64,000 nucleotides of DNA from Nitrospinota bacterium (GTDB lineage Bacteria; Nitrospinota_A; UBA7883; JACRGQ01): the NCBI GenBank assembly GCA_016212275.1, contig JACRGR010000032.1, forward strand, positions 367-64,366. Reading direction: 5' to 3'. The translations under genes and the position numbers were made by a program. Under the pieces are notes generated by a model. That model was not told the origin of the DNA and did no database searches. It saw only the letters and a list, made by a program, of their open reading frames with translations. Position 1 is the first letter of the stretch. Each line of letters begins with the position of its first letter. Positions 1 to 9,222 of the stretch are shown one piece after another.

Positions 1-752
1 GTCCGCTTTTGCGTCGGGGTTTGGAATATCTTGGCCGTGGCGTCCATCTCCACCAGCTTGCCCAGGTAGAAAAACGCGGTGTAGTCCGAACACCGCGCGG
101 CCTGCTGGAGATTGTGGGTAACGATCACTATCGTGTAGTTGGTCCGCAGTTCCTGGATGGTCTCCTCGATCTTCGCGGTGGAGATCGGGTCGAGCGCGCT
201 TGCCGGCTCGTCCATCAGGATTATTTCCGGCTCGTTCGCCAACGCGCGGGCGATGCACAGCCTCTGCTGTTGCCCGCCGGAAAGGTCGAGCGCGGAGCGG
301 TTCAGCCTATCTTTCACTTCCTGCCACAGATCGGCTTGCTTGAGCGAGCGTTCCACGATCCCTTCCAACTGCGCCTTTTCCCTCAATCCGCGCATCCGCG
401 GGCCGAACGCGATGTTCTCGAAGATCGTCATCGGAAAGGGGTTGGATTTCTGGAACACCATCCCCACCCGCTTGCGGAGCGACTCCAGCCGCGTACCTTC
501 GCGGTATATGTCGCTCCCGTGGATGAGGATGTCCCCCGCGATGCGGGTGCCGAGCAACACCTCGTTCATCCGGTTGAAGCACCGGAGCAATGTGCTTTTG
601 CCACACCCCGATGGTCCGATGAAGGCCGTCACCTGCCGGGGCTTGATATTCATATTGATGCCGAACAGCGCCTGCACCTGGCCATAGTAAAAATCCAGGT
701 TGCGCACATGCACCGCCACGGCGTCCAGTTCATTCACAACGGTCTGTTCCAT
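1..752 (-). CDS. pstB: Phosphate ABC transporter ATP-binding protein (3' end outside window)
   Basis: Manual translation from ATG at 752: [54 protein letters not shown] (Walker A), [19 protein letters not shown]; directly downstream of pstA. Confidence 0.95.
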   Translation of the reverse strand, partial: MEQTVVNELDAVAVHVRNLDFYYGQVQALFGINMNIKPRQVTAFIGPSGCGKSTLLRCFNRMNEVLLGTRIAGDILIHGSDIYREGTRLESLRKRVGMVFQKSNPFPMTIFENIAFGPRMRGLREKAQLEGIVERSLKQADLWQEVKDRLNRSALDLSGGQQQRLCIARALANEPEIILMDEPASALDPISTAKIEETIQELRTNYTIVIVTHNLQQAARCSDYTAFFYLGKLVEMDATAKIFQTPTQKR

Positions 753-793
753 CAATCCGCCAATCCATTACTCATTTTTAATTCCCAAAATCA

Positions 794-2446
794 TTATAGT
801 GCCGAGCCGCGGTATTTGTTACGCAACTTGTTGCGCAAAACTATCGCCACGAGGTTCAGCGCCACCACGATGAGCAGGAGCAGTCCGGTGGTGGTGTACA
901 CCATCGGTTTCGCCGCCTCCACGTTCGGCGACTGGAAACCCACGTCGTAGATATGGAACCCCAGATGCATGAACTTCCGGTCGAGGTGGAAGAACGGCCA
1001 TGAAGCGTCCACGGGAAGCTCCGAAACCAGCTTCACCACGCCGGTGATCATCAGGGGGGCCACCTCGCCCGCGGCCCGGCTGATGGCAAGTATCACGCCG
1101 GTCAGTATCCCCGGCATGGCGTTGGGCAGGACCACGTTCCAGATGGTCTGGAATTTCGACGCGCCCAGCGCCAGCGACCCCTCGCGGTTGGCGCGCGGCA
1201 CCGCGGCAAGCCCTTCCAGCGTCGAAACCACCACCACGGGAACGGTAAGCAAGGCCAGCGTGAGCGAGGCCCACAAAATGCCGCCGGTGCCAAACGTGGG
1301 TTCCGGCAGTTTGTCGGCGAAGAACAGCGCGTCCAGCCCGCCGCCGACGAAATACACGAAAAAGCCGAGGCCGAAAATGCCGAACACGATGGACGGCACG
1401 CCCGCGAGGTTGTTCACCGCCATCCGCACCGCGCTCAACGCCGGGCCTGGCTTGGCGTACTCGTGCATGTACAGCGCGGTCATCACCCCCAGCGGGGTAC
1501 AGATGATGACCATCAGGAACACCATCATCACCGTGCCGAAAATGGCGGGATATACCCCCCCCTCGGTATTGGATTCACGCGGCCAGTCCACAAGGAACGA
1601 AACCGCCTTGCCCGCGTAGTAGGCGGCTTTTGAAAACGGCCCCATCCCGTTCGGACGGTAAATGTCCACCGCGTTCATCAGGGGGACCGTTTTTGTGCTT
1701 CCGTCCGAGATGGCCACCTCCACCTCGCAACATGCGGCCAACGCCTCCAGCCGTTCCAGTTCCCGCTCCGGCCCCTGAAGGGACGCGGCAAGTGTCTCTG
1801 ATTTTGCATCGAACTGCTTTTGCATTTCATCCAGCCGGACTTTTGTTTCCGGCAGGTCCGAAGCGGGGCCGCTCGAAAGCTTGCGCATGGCGATCTCTAT
1901 TTCCGTGAGCGAACGGCGTTCGTGCGTGATGCGTTCCTGAACCGATTTCATCTCTTCCCGCGCCTCGCTTACCTGCCGGTGTTTCGCGGCGACCATATCG
2001 AAAAACCCCGCCGAGGTGGCGGGCGTCACCGTATCCCCTTCCTTGAAGGAAAGGATGAACCCCTGCAGGTGCCCATACTCCATCCGTTCGATGACCGCCG
2101 CGTCGGCGGGGTATTCCGTTTTCACGATCTCCGAATCGTCAACCCATTTGAAGTCGAGGCCGAACACGTCGCGGTTGGCTATCTTCACCTGCGTACGCGC
2201 GGCCGCCCCCTCCTCTTCCCGGTCCGTGACGGGGCCGAGCAGGTAGGAACCGTCTTTCAAGGTCAGTTTCGCCACATTCGCGGGCCAGAAGTTGCCCGCG
2301 CCGCTTGCCACGATGATGCCGATGAGTCCCGCGATCATCCCGATAAGAAGCAGGACGGTGATGCCGCTGATCCAGATGAACGGCACCCCCTCGGCCCAGA
2401 AGCCGCGGCGGAACTCCCTGTACCCTTTGTTTTCAGAAACGGGCAT
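794..2446 (-). CDS. pstA: Phosphate ABC transporter permease PstA, long form with periplasmic coiled-coil insert
   Basis: NLAGVPSIVFGIFG, REGSLALGASKFQT, SRAAGEVAPL motifs; operon context. Confidence 0.95.
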   Translation of the reverse strand: MPVSENKGYREFRRGFWAEGVPFIWISGITVLLLIGMIAGLIGIIVASGAGNFWPANVAKLTLKDGSYLLGPVTDREEEGAAARTQVKIANRDVFGLDFKWVDDSEIVKTEYPADAAVIERMEYGHLQGFILSFKEGDTVTPATSAGFFDMVAAKHRQVSEAREEMKSVQERITHERRSLTEIEIAMRKLSSGPASDLPETKVRLDEMQKQFDAKSETLAASLQGPERELERLEALAACCEVEVAISDGSTKTVPLMNAVDIYRPNGMGPFSKAAYYAGKAVSFLVDWPRESNTEGGVYPAIFGTVMMVFLMVIICTPLGVMTALYMHEYAKPGPALSAVRMAVNNLAGVPSIVFGIFGLGFFVYFVGGGLDALFFADKLPEPTFGTGGILWASLTLALLTVPVVVVSTLEGLAAVPRANREGSLALGASKFQTIWNVVLPNAMPGILTGVILAISRAAGEVAPLMITGVVKLVSELPVDASWPFFHLDRKFMHLGFHIYDVGFQSPNVEAAKPMVYTTTGLLLLIVVALNLVAIVLRNKLRNKYRGSAL

Positions 2447-4733
2447 ATTTCCTCCGGAGCCGCTGGCTCACCAGTTCGGCGACGGTGTTGATGAGGAACG
2501 TGAACACGAAAAGAATGAATCCGGTGAGGAACAGGATGCGGAAAAGGCTCCCGCCCACGGGGGCTTCCGGCATCTCCACCGCGATGGCGGCGGACATGGC
2601 CCTCATGCCGTTAAAGATGCTCAGGTCCATCACCGGCGTATTGCCGGTGGCCATCAGCACGATCATCGTCTCGCCCACCGCGCGCCCCAAGCCAAGCATC
2701 ACCGCGGCGAAAATGCCGGGGCTGGCCGCCGGGAGCACGACATAAAGCGCCGTTTGCCAGCGAGAAGCCGCCAGGGCGAACGAGGCGGAAGTAAGCGACG
2801 GCGGCACCGCCGAAAGCGCGTCCTCGGCTATCGTGAAAATGATGGGTATCACCGCGAATCCGAGCGCGATCCCCACCACCACGCAGTTGCGCGGGTCGTA
2901 CAAATATCCCATAACGGTGTACAGCCACTGCTTGAGTTCCCCGTGGAACAATACCCGCTCCGTGACCGGTCCCAAAGCGTATCCCGCCGCCAGCGCGGTG
3001 ATCAGCACCGGCAGAATGTACAGCAATTCCCGCTTGCCCCCGGTTTCCGGCCTCAACCGGTGGGGCAAAGCCCACCAAACGCATACGAAGAGAAACCATG
3101 CCGCCGGCACGGAAAGAACCAGCGTAAAAAATCGCCCCAGGTTGTCGTTCAACGCGGGGGCCAGCCACAACCCGGCCAAAAAGCCCACCACCACGCTGGG
3201 GATGGCGGCCATCAATTCGATAAGCGGCTTGATAACGTTACGCAATGCGGTCGGCGCCATTTGCGAGAGGTAAATCGCCCCCAGGATGGCGATCGGCACG
3301 GAAAATATCATGGCGTACAGCGTCCCTTTAAGCGTGCCGAAAATAAGCGGCCACAGGGAGAGCTTCGCCTCGAAATCGTCCGTTCCGCCGCTGGACTGCC
3401 ACACAAATTCCGGTTTGGTGTACCCTTCGTACCACACTTTCGCAAAAAGGGTTTTCAAGGTCACTTCGGGGTGCTTTTCGTCCAGATCGTAACTGTACAG
3501 CATCCCTTCGCCGCCAAGCGCCACCAGGCTGTCGGACTTCGGCCCTATAACGGCGAACCGCGCGGCTTGCCCCGGCTTGAACCGGGCATACGTCCGTCCG
3601 GAGGTGGAATAGTGGTAGACGATGGTCCCGTCCGCTCCGGTGGTCACAAACCCTTTGTTGCGGGGAGAAGGGGCGATAGCCGTCACCGGTGAGGAGTGGC
3701 TTTTGAACTGCCGCACCTGCATGTAGCGGAAGCCCAAGGGACTCACGGAGAGCGCGGCTTTACCGCCGTAATTGTCATCCGGCAGTTCGCGCTCCTCGCC
3801 GGGTTTGATCGCGGCGCCATCGGCAAGGGGGAACGCGGCGGCGCCGCCGTTCTTCACTCGCACATAGCGCACCGGGAACCACTCCGATATGCCCCCCTTC
3901 TCATCCCCCACTATCAGCGCTTCGTCGCCAACGAGGAACGCAAGGGACGAAATGGCGCCCTCGGCGGCCTTGAATTGCTCCACCAAGCTATAGGAGCCGT
4001 CCTCAGGGGCGAAAACCATCAGTTCCCCCCGCGCGGTGCCCGCTATCACGCCGCCGGAATGCCGCATGGCCAATGCCGTGACGGATTCGCCGCGCCCGTC
4101 CACCGGCGTTTTTTTCGGCTCCTCGCCCGGCGCGAACTTCACGGTGAACAGGCCGGTCTCTTTCACCAGCCCGGCCACGGTAACGGCCCCCTCGTCGTCC
4201 ATCAGGCCGGTGGCAAGCGATACCGCGCCACCGTCGGACAGGCGGAACGGCCGTCCGTATTCAACCGAAGGCTCCACCCGGCGTTTTTGGCCGGAATAGT
4301 CCGCGCGGTATTTTACTTCCATAAAACCTACCTGCCCATCCGCGGTGCCGTAGGCGATCAAATTGCGCCGGGCCGTGCGGCTGGCGGCGGTAATGGTTTT
4401 TCCTTTTAGCGCCGGATCGCCGAATGTTTGCAGATGGTCGCCCGTTTCAAGCGAGAGGAACTCCACCCCGCCATTGGCGTCCACGCGGAAGGCGGTATTG
4501 CGGTATTCGTCGGTGCCGATAGCCACGGCGGTGGCGGGGGTAAGCCGTTTGCCCACCACCCATTCGCCGGATTTCTTCACTGCGGGATTGCTGATAAGGG
4601 GCGAGGCTTCCCAAGCGATAAAAAGCATGATGGCGAATACGGACACGAGCGTAAGGAGGCCCCCGGCGGTGATCGCCCGGCGCGCCCAGGCATCGGCCCG
4701 CGCCACCTTTTTATCGTGCCCCGCAATTTTCAT
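2433..4733 (-). CDS. pstC: Phosphate ABC transporter permease PstC, long form with WD40-like periplasmic domain
   Basis: ELMAAIPSVVVG, GRAVGETMIVLMATGN; start trimmed to MKIAGH because the upstream extension runs into the intergenic region. Confidence 0.92.
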   Translation of the reverse strand: MKIAGHDKKVARADAWARRAITAGGLLTLVSVFAIMLFIAWEASPLISNPAVKKSGEWVVGKRLTPATAVAIGTDEYRNTAFRVDANGGVEFLSLETGDHLQTFGDPALKGKTITAASRTARRNLIAYGTADGQVGFMEVKYRADYSGQKRRVEPSVEYGRPFRLSDGGAVSLATGLMDDEGAVTVAGLVKETGLFTVKFAPGEEPKKTPVDGRGESVTALAMRHSGGVIAGTARGELMVFAPEDGSYSLVEQFKAAEGAISSLAFLVGDEALIVGDEKGGISEWFPVRYVRVKNGGAAAFPLADGAAIKPGEERELPDDNYGGKAALSVSPLGFRYMQVRQFKSHSSPVTAIAPSPRNKGFVTTGADGTIVYHYSTSGRTYARFKPGQAARFAVIGPKSDSLVALGGEGMLYSYDLDEKHPEVTLKTLFAKVWYEGYTKPEFVWQSSGGTDDFEAKLSLWPLIFGTLKGTLYAMIFSVPIAILGAIYLSQMAPTALRNVIKPLIELMAAIPSVVVGFLAGLWLAPALNDNLGRFFTLVLSVPAAWFLFVCVWWALPHRLRPETGGKRELLYILPVLITALAAGYALGPVTERVLFHGELKQWLYTVMGYLYDPRNCVVVGIALGFAVIPIIFTIAEDALSAVPPSLTSASFALAASRWQTALYVVLPAASPGIFAAVMLGLGRAVGETMIVLMATGNTPVMDLSIFNGMRAMSAAIAVEMPEAPVGGSLFRILFLTGFILFVFTFLINTVAELVSQRLRRKYARF

Positions 4734-4766
4734 CAGGCTCTCCCCACAAACGCCCAAAACGGCAGA

Positions 4767-4794
4767 GCCGGGAACGATGACAATCGTCCCCGGC
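4767..4794 (-). other. pstS-pstC intergenic stem-loop (mRNA stabiliser or attenuator)
   Basis: On minus strand GCCGGGGACGAT-TGTC-ATCGTTCCCGGC, 12-bp stem with one G-U pair. Confidence 0.6.
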
Positions 4795-4818
4795 GTCCGT
4801 CACGAGAGGTTAGTCCGT

Positions 4819-5793
4819 TTATTTCAGTTGCGCAAGTTCCTTATCCGCGTTCTTGGCAAGCATCGGCATAAAGCCGTCTTTCACGACCACCGCCTGCCCT
4901 TCCTTGCTGTAGATGAACTTGATGAATTCCTTCACCAGCGGATCGAGGCCCTTCTTCGGGTCAACCGCCACATACAGGTTCAAGTAGCGCGAGAGCGGGT
5001 AATTGCCGCTATATACGTTGGCCGGCGACTCGTCGAACACTTCGCCGCCATCCTTATCGGAAAGCGGAACGGTGCGCACGCCGGAGGTCATGTACCCCAT
5101 GCCGCTGTAGCCGATGGCGAACTTGTCTTCGCTCACCCCTTGCACCACCGCGGCGGAGCCGGGCTGTTCTTTCACGGTGTCCTTGTAATCCCCTTTGCCC
5201 AACGCATGTTCCTTGAAGTAGCCGTAGGTGCCGGAAGCTGAATTACGGCCGAACATGGTGATCGGCTTGCCCGCGAAATCGCCGGTAAGGCCAATCTGGT
5301 CCCATGTGGCGACGTCCGCCGCGGCGCCGCGCTTGCGCGCCTTGCCGAATATGGCGTCAACCTGCGTGAGCGAAAGGCTCTTTACCGGGTTGCTCTTGTT
5401 CACATACACCGCCAGACCGTCGACCGCCACGCGGAACCGGGTCGGCTTGAAACCGCGCTTGGCCTCGAAACCGTCCGCCTCGGCCGGCTTCATATCGCGC
5501 GACATCGGCCCAAGCTGGGCAACCCCTTCGGTCAGGGCGGGGGGCGCGGTGGCGGAGCCTTTGCCTTCCACCTGCACGTTCACGCCCGGATACATCTTCT
5601 TGAACCCTTCGCCCCACAGCGTAAGGAGGTTGTTCATCGTGTCGGAACCCACCGAGTTGAGGTTCCCGGAAATGCCTTTCACTTTCTTGTACGGCTGAAG
5701 GCCGCTGTCCAGCTTAACCACGTCGGCGCTGGCCGTTGCCGCGAACGTAAATACGGCGGCGGTGGCCAAGACCTGCTTCAATCCCGTTTTCAT
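4819..5793 (-). CDS. pstS: Phosphate-binding periplasmic protein
   Basis: Signal peptide; SVGSDTM, EGKGSATA, GRNSASGT, YPLSRYL motifs; GGAGG Shine-Dalgarno upstream. Confidence 0.96.
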   Translation of the reverse strand: MKTGLKQVLATAAVFTFAATASADVVKLDSGLQPYKKVKGISGNLNSVGSDTMNNLLTLWGEGFKKMYPGVNVQVEGKGSATAPPALTEGVAQLGPMSRDMKPAEADGFEAKRGFKPTRFRVAVDGLAVYVNKSNPVKSLSLTQVDAIFGKARKRGAAADVATWDQIGLTGDFAGKPITMFGRNSASGTYGYFKEHALGKGDYKDTVKEQPGSAAVVQGVSEDKFAIGYSGMGYMTSGVRTVPLSDKDGGEVFDESPANVYSGNYPLSRYLNLYVAVDPKKGLDPLVKEFIKFIYSKEGQAVVVKDGFMPMLAKNADKELAQLK

Positions 5794-5873
5794 CCACTTT
5801 CCTCCAGTTTAATTACTTCAGGACGTTGTTAACTTTTTCGCGCGGACCGGAATCCCTTTCCGGTCAGGCCACA

Positions 5874-5927
5874 CTCTACTCAAGGGCAATGAAGGGATAA
5901 TGAATGGATTGTTAAGAAACGGTGAAT
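5874..5927 (-). promoter_or_regulatory. Pho-box-like array (four 11-bp-period units) plus -10 element of the pstS promoter
   Basis: Minus strand ATTCACCGTTT/CTTAACAATCC/ATTCATTATCC/CTTCATTGCCC followed by TAGAGT at 5879-5874. Confidence 0.65.
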
Positions 5928-5942
5928 GTTGGATTCCTTGTT

Positions 5943-5955
5943 TATCAATAGGTTA
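5943..5955 (+). promoter_or_regulatory. IHF-like site
   Basis: TATCAATAGGTTA matches WATCAANNNNTTR. Confidence 0.45.
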
Positions 5956-6045
5956 AGGAGGACTCCAAGGGAGCGGAATCTCCCCGATTCCCCATTCAAT
6001 GCCCCGAAGATGGCTTTGACTGTAGCGACGGAAAAGAATACACTC

Positions 6046-6073
6046 TCAAGAGAAATGCGCGGTTGCCCGATAT
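6046..6073 (+). promoter_or_regulatory. Possible sigma28 (FliA) promoter
   Basis: TCAAG-N15-CCCGATAT upstream of GAGG SD and the ORF at 6089. Confidence 0.35.
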
Positions 6074-6088
6074 GTATCCAAGAGGTGA

Positions 6089-6535
6089 ATGATGAAGATT
6101 GATGGATTGACTCCCGCGGAAAAAGGCGGCGAAACGCCGAAGAAAACGGATAAAGTAACCGGCCCTTCGTTTGATTCCATACTCAAGGAAACCATGACCT
6201 CCGCCCCGGCGGGCAAAACGCAAGCCGCGCAGATGGCGGCGCCCCTCATGCCCACGCATTTCGCGCCCTTTAAATCAACCAACCCGTTCGCCGCCGAAGC
6301 GGTGAATCAGCTTGACGGGGTGTTGGGAGATTTGCAGATATACCTCAACTCCCTCGCGAACCCCGATGTTCCAACGTCGCGGCTGGCCCCGATGGTGGAC
6401 GGCCTGATGGAGAAAAAGGACAAATTGGTGTCCTTGCTATCGCATCTGAACGATCCGGCGTTGCAAGACCTCGTCACGCAAACCGCCTCGCTGATATTGA
6501 GCGAGAATACGCGGATACACACGGCCAAAGCCTGA
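6089..6535 (+). CDS. Hypothetical protein, possibly flagellar regulon (MKID...SFDSILKE N-terminus)
   Basis: 148-aa ORF with GAGG SD and normal composition; fills the intergenic gap. Confidence 0.7.
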   Translation: MMKIDGLTPAEKGGETPKKTDKVTGPSFDSILKETMTSAPAGKTQAAQMAAPLMPTHFAPFKSTNPFAAEAVNQLDGVLGDLQIYLNSLANPDVPTSRLAPMVDGLMEKKDKLVSLLSHLNDPALQDLVTQTASLILSENTRIHTAKA

Positions 6536-6563
6536 CGAACCCGCCGGACTTTTCAACAGCCTT

Positions 6564-7709
6564 CTAGAACGATATCTGCCACTGCATGCTGGTTACGCTG
6601 TGGTTTTTCCGGTCCCACGTCGCCCCCTCGGTGGGAAATGAAATCTGTTCAAAGTCGAACACCAGTTTGGCGTCAAACCCGCTAAGGAGATAGTTGAACC
6701 CCAGCGCGGTGCTCCGCTGGCTTGCGCCCGACGAGGCGCTTTCCGCGTCCCATACCACATACCGCGCATACGGCTGAATGCCGCCCTGCTTCTCCATGCT
6801 CATCCAGGCCAGCGTCGCCTGCCACCCCTTCCCCTGCACATAATTTCCGCTTGAATCTTTTTTGCCGGGATTGCTCCAGTCATACGAATAATATGCGCCG
6901 ACCAGCGACATCACGCCGCTTTCGGTGCGCCCCTCCATCGCCACGTCGGCGGTCCACGCCGAGTAGCCAGCGGGCTTGCCCGCGACGTCGGTGGACGCCT
7001 TATCCTGCCGGTCGAACCCGTAGCCGATGGTGAAAATATCTTTTCCGCCCTGATAGCTTTCCTTGTAGAGGAAGTCCTCTTCGCCATCCATCAGTGAAAT
7101 ATGCACACGCCCGTGATAGCGGATGGTCTCCGCGCCGGTCTCCTGCGGTTTCGCCCCTTTGCCAGCCGCCAAGCGGTACTGGAACCCGCCAATGTTCCCC
7201 CACAGCAATAGCCCGCGGTCGCGCTTGCCGTCCAGAGCGGTGGAGTCCAACTGCAATTCGTCAATCGCCGCGCGGTCCAACGCAATGGAGCTGAACGGCG
7301 AGGTAAGCCTGCTCCGGGAAAACTGCACGGGGAATATGCCCGCCATTACCTTGCCCGCCGTGCCGGAGTCCAGCTCTATCCATCCATCGAGCGTTTTTAC
7401 CCCGGTGGACGCGGCATAGCTTTTCCCCCGGTTGTCATCAGCGAGTTGCAGGAAGAAATTGACCCCCGGCGCGGCCTGTCCGCCCACCAAAAGCCTGCTC
7501 CGCCGCAGATACAGGTCGGTGTGGTCGCCACTTACCGTCGGATCGCCGGCGGCGGCTCCGGCCTGGTTTTGGCCGATTTGCGTAAGCACTTGCAGTCGGT
7601 AGCCGATCTGGATGAACCGGTCTTCCCCCGCCTTTAGCGTTATGCCGCCCGCGTGCGCGGTAATGGAGGCGGAAAGCAATATGATTGCGATTGCGAACAT
7701 TCGGTACAT
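6564..7709 (-). CDS. Outer-membrane porin (phosphate/oxyanion-selective OprO/P-like)
   Basis: Signal peptide MYRMFAIAII...AHA, LRRSRLLVGG, RDRGLLLWG, C-terminal WQISF; start trimmed to ATG 7709. Confidence 0.8.
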   Translation of the reverse strand: MYRMFAIAIILLSASITAHAGGITLKAGEDRFIQIGYRLQVLTQIGQNQAGAAAGDPTVSGDHTDLYLRRSRLLVGGQAAPGVNFFLQLADDNRGKSYAASTGVKTLDGWIELDSGTAGKVMAGIFPVQFSRSRLTSPFSSIALDRAAIDELQLDSTALDGKRDRGLLLWGNIGGFQYRLAAGKGAKPQETGAETIRYHGRVHISLMDGEEDFLYKESYQGGKDIFTIGYGFDRQDKASTDVAGKPAGYSAWTADVAMEGRTESGVMSLVGAYYSYDWSNPGKKDSSGNYVQGKGWQATLAWMSMEKQGGIQPYARYVVWDAESASSGASQRSTALGFNYLLSGFDAKLVFDFEQISFPTEGATWDRKNHSVTSMQWQISF

Positions 7710-7887
7710 GGTTATTCCCCCTTGAGGGGATAAGCATAACATTTCAAGGGGCGATTCAGTAACCTTTCGGGAGAGCCGTCCAATGCTGTAGGGTGGTTGG
7801 CTTTTTGAAACACAAAAAAAGGAACGTGGAGGCCGCCCCAAAATGTGACATTTGGCGCAAACGCCCGCTTGGGTGTAGAATTCCACA

Positions 7888-8628
7888 ATGGCCTCCATAG
7901 TTCAGGTCGAAAAAGGGAAGGACGAAAAGCAGGAGCCAGCGGCGCCGCCGCCGGTCATACCTCCTTCGCTCACCACTCCTTTATTCATAAAGGGGTTCAA
8001 GGAACTGTTGTCCACGTTCCTCGGCAAGATGGTGGCAAGCGGCGTCCCGCGCGACAAGCTGAACAAGGCGCTTTCCGAAATGCCGCCCGAGATCCAAAGG
8101 ATCGCCGCGGGCATGAACGCCACATTTTTGGAAGGGGTGGCGGACTACCTGCGCCGCAAGGAGCAGGAGGAACTGCGGAACGACTACCTGGGGCGCGCGC
8201 TGGTGTACGACATCGAAAAGCTTTTTCCGCCCGACCACGAAACGGCGCGCAAGCTAACCACCGAGCCGGTGAAGGGAATGTTGCCGTATCAGGTGGCGGA
8301 CGGGCTTATCGCCGCGCTGAAAGCCGCGCACGGGCTGGACACCATAAAGGAGTACAGCCAGACCTGCAAGGCGAAGGCGGAGCAGTACCGGAGCGAAGCG
8401 GACTTCCTGATAGACATCGAAAAATTCGTCAACGACCCCGACGTGAAACGGATAACCACCGACGTGACCACGCGCTTCAAGCTCCTGATGCACAAAAAGC
8501 CGGAAGCCGACCAGCGGAAGTGGATACTGAACCAGATACACACCTCATTCTCGTTCCGCGAGATGAAGCGCGACCTTTCGGAAGAGGAGCTGGGGACCAT
8601 CACCCACACGTTCCTGAAAGCGAAGTAA
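7888..8628 (+). CDS. Hypothetical protein (helical)
   Basis: 246-aa ORF with high-GC3 codon usage; TAGAAT 6 nt before ATG. Confidence 0.8.
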   Translation: MASIVQVEKGKDEKQEPAAPPPVIPPSLTTPLFIKGFKELLSTFLGKMVASGVPRDKLNKALSEMPPEIQRIAAGMNATFLEGVADYLRRKEQEELRNDYLGRALVYDIEKLFPPDHETARKLTTEPVKGMLPYQVADGLIAALKAAHGLDTIKEYSQTCKAKAEQYRSEADFLIDIEKFVNDPDVKRITTDVTTRFKLLMHKKPEADQRKWILNQIHTSFSFREMKRDLSEEELGTITHTFLKAK

Positions 8629-8682
8629 GCTACCCTTCTTGTGTAACGGGCCAAACGCTTCTTTACATGAGGAAACAACGAT

Positions 8683-8938
8683 AATCCGCAGATTGCGCAG
8701 ATGGACGCAGATTTAAGAGACGAACAAACCACGCCATCATTGCCGCGGCGATAGAGGTTCATCGCCAGCTAGGCCAAGGGATTCTGGAAGCCGTATATCA
8801 GGAGTCGTTGGCAATCGAGTTCAAAGCCAAATCTATCCCCGTTGGAGCGAGGGCTTCTTTGGAATTTCGGTAGCCCTAGCCTTGAATTCAAACGATTGGT
8901 GTTTTCAAATCTGCGTCCATCCGCGCAATCTGCGGATT
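8683..8938. repeat. 32-bp inverted repeats (8683-8714, 8907-8938) with internal CGCAGAT periodicity enclosing the GxxExxY remnant
   Basis: aatccgcagattgcgcagatggacgcagattt versus reverse complement of aaatctgcgtccatccgcgcaatctgcggatt: 31/32 identical. Confidence 0.9.
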
Positions 8939-8940
8939 GA
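8701..8940 (+). pseudogene. GxxExxY (PD-(D/E)XK-like) protein remnant with frameshift and internal deletion
   Basis: MDADLRDEQT / HAIIAAAIEVHRQLGQGILEAVYQESLAIEF / GLLWNFGSPSLEFKRLV in shifted frames; central part missing. Confidence 0.85.
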
Positions 8941-8983
8941 TTTAACTTTTTAATAAATTGTTGCCGCTCCACCTTGGAACTCC

Positions 8984-9193
8984 AAGGCGATAGCGGTGCC
9001 GCCCATCCGCATTAACGAAGTAGTGCTGGGCAAACGGGCCGTTTCGGCCGATACGGCCCTGCGGCTCGGAAAATATTTCGGCACCACCGCGCAATTCTGG
9101 ATGAACCTGCAAACCGGCCACGAACTGGAACTGGCGAAGGACAAGGCGGGCGACAGTCTGCGGAAACTTGTCCCGCTGAAAAAAGCGGGCTGA
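8984..9193 (+). pseudogene. higA: HigA/VapI-family antitoxin, N-terminally truncated
   Basis: KAIAVPPIRINEVVLGKRAVSADTALRLGKYFGTTAQFWMNLQ; lacks the PGEIL N-terminus seen in the 26938 copy. Confidence 0.8.
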
Positions 9194-9222
9194 AGTTGAA
9201 AATTGCAATAGCTGTTTATTAT

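Noticed and set aside
9-950. 313-aa plus-strand ORF
   Set aside because: Antisense to pstB, which is missing from the ORF track only because its stop lies outside the window
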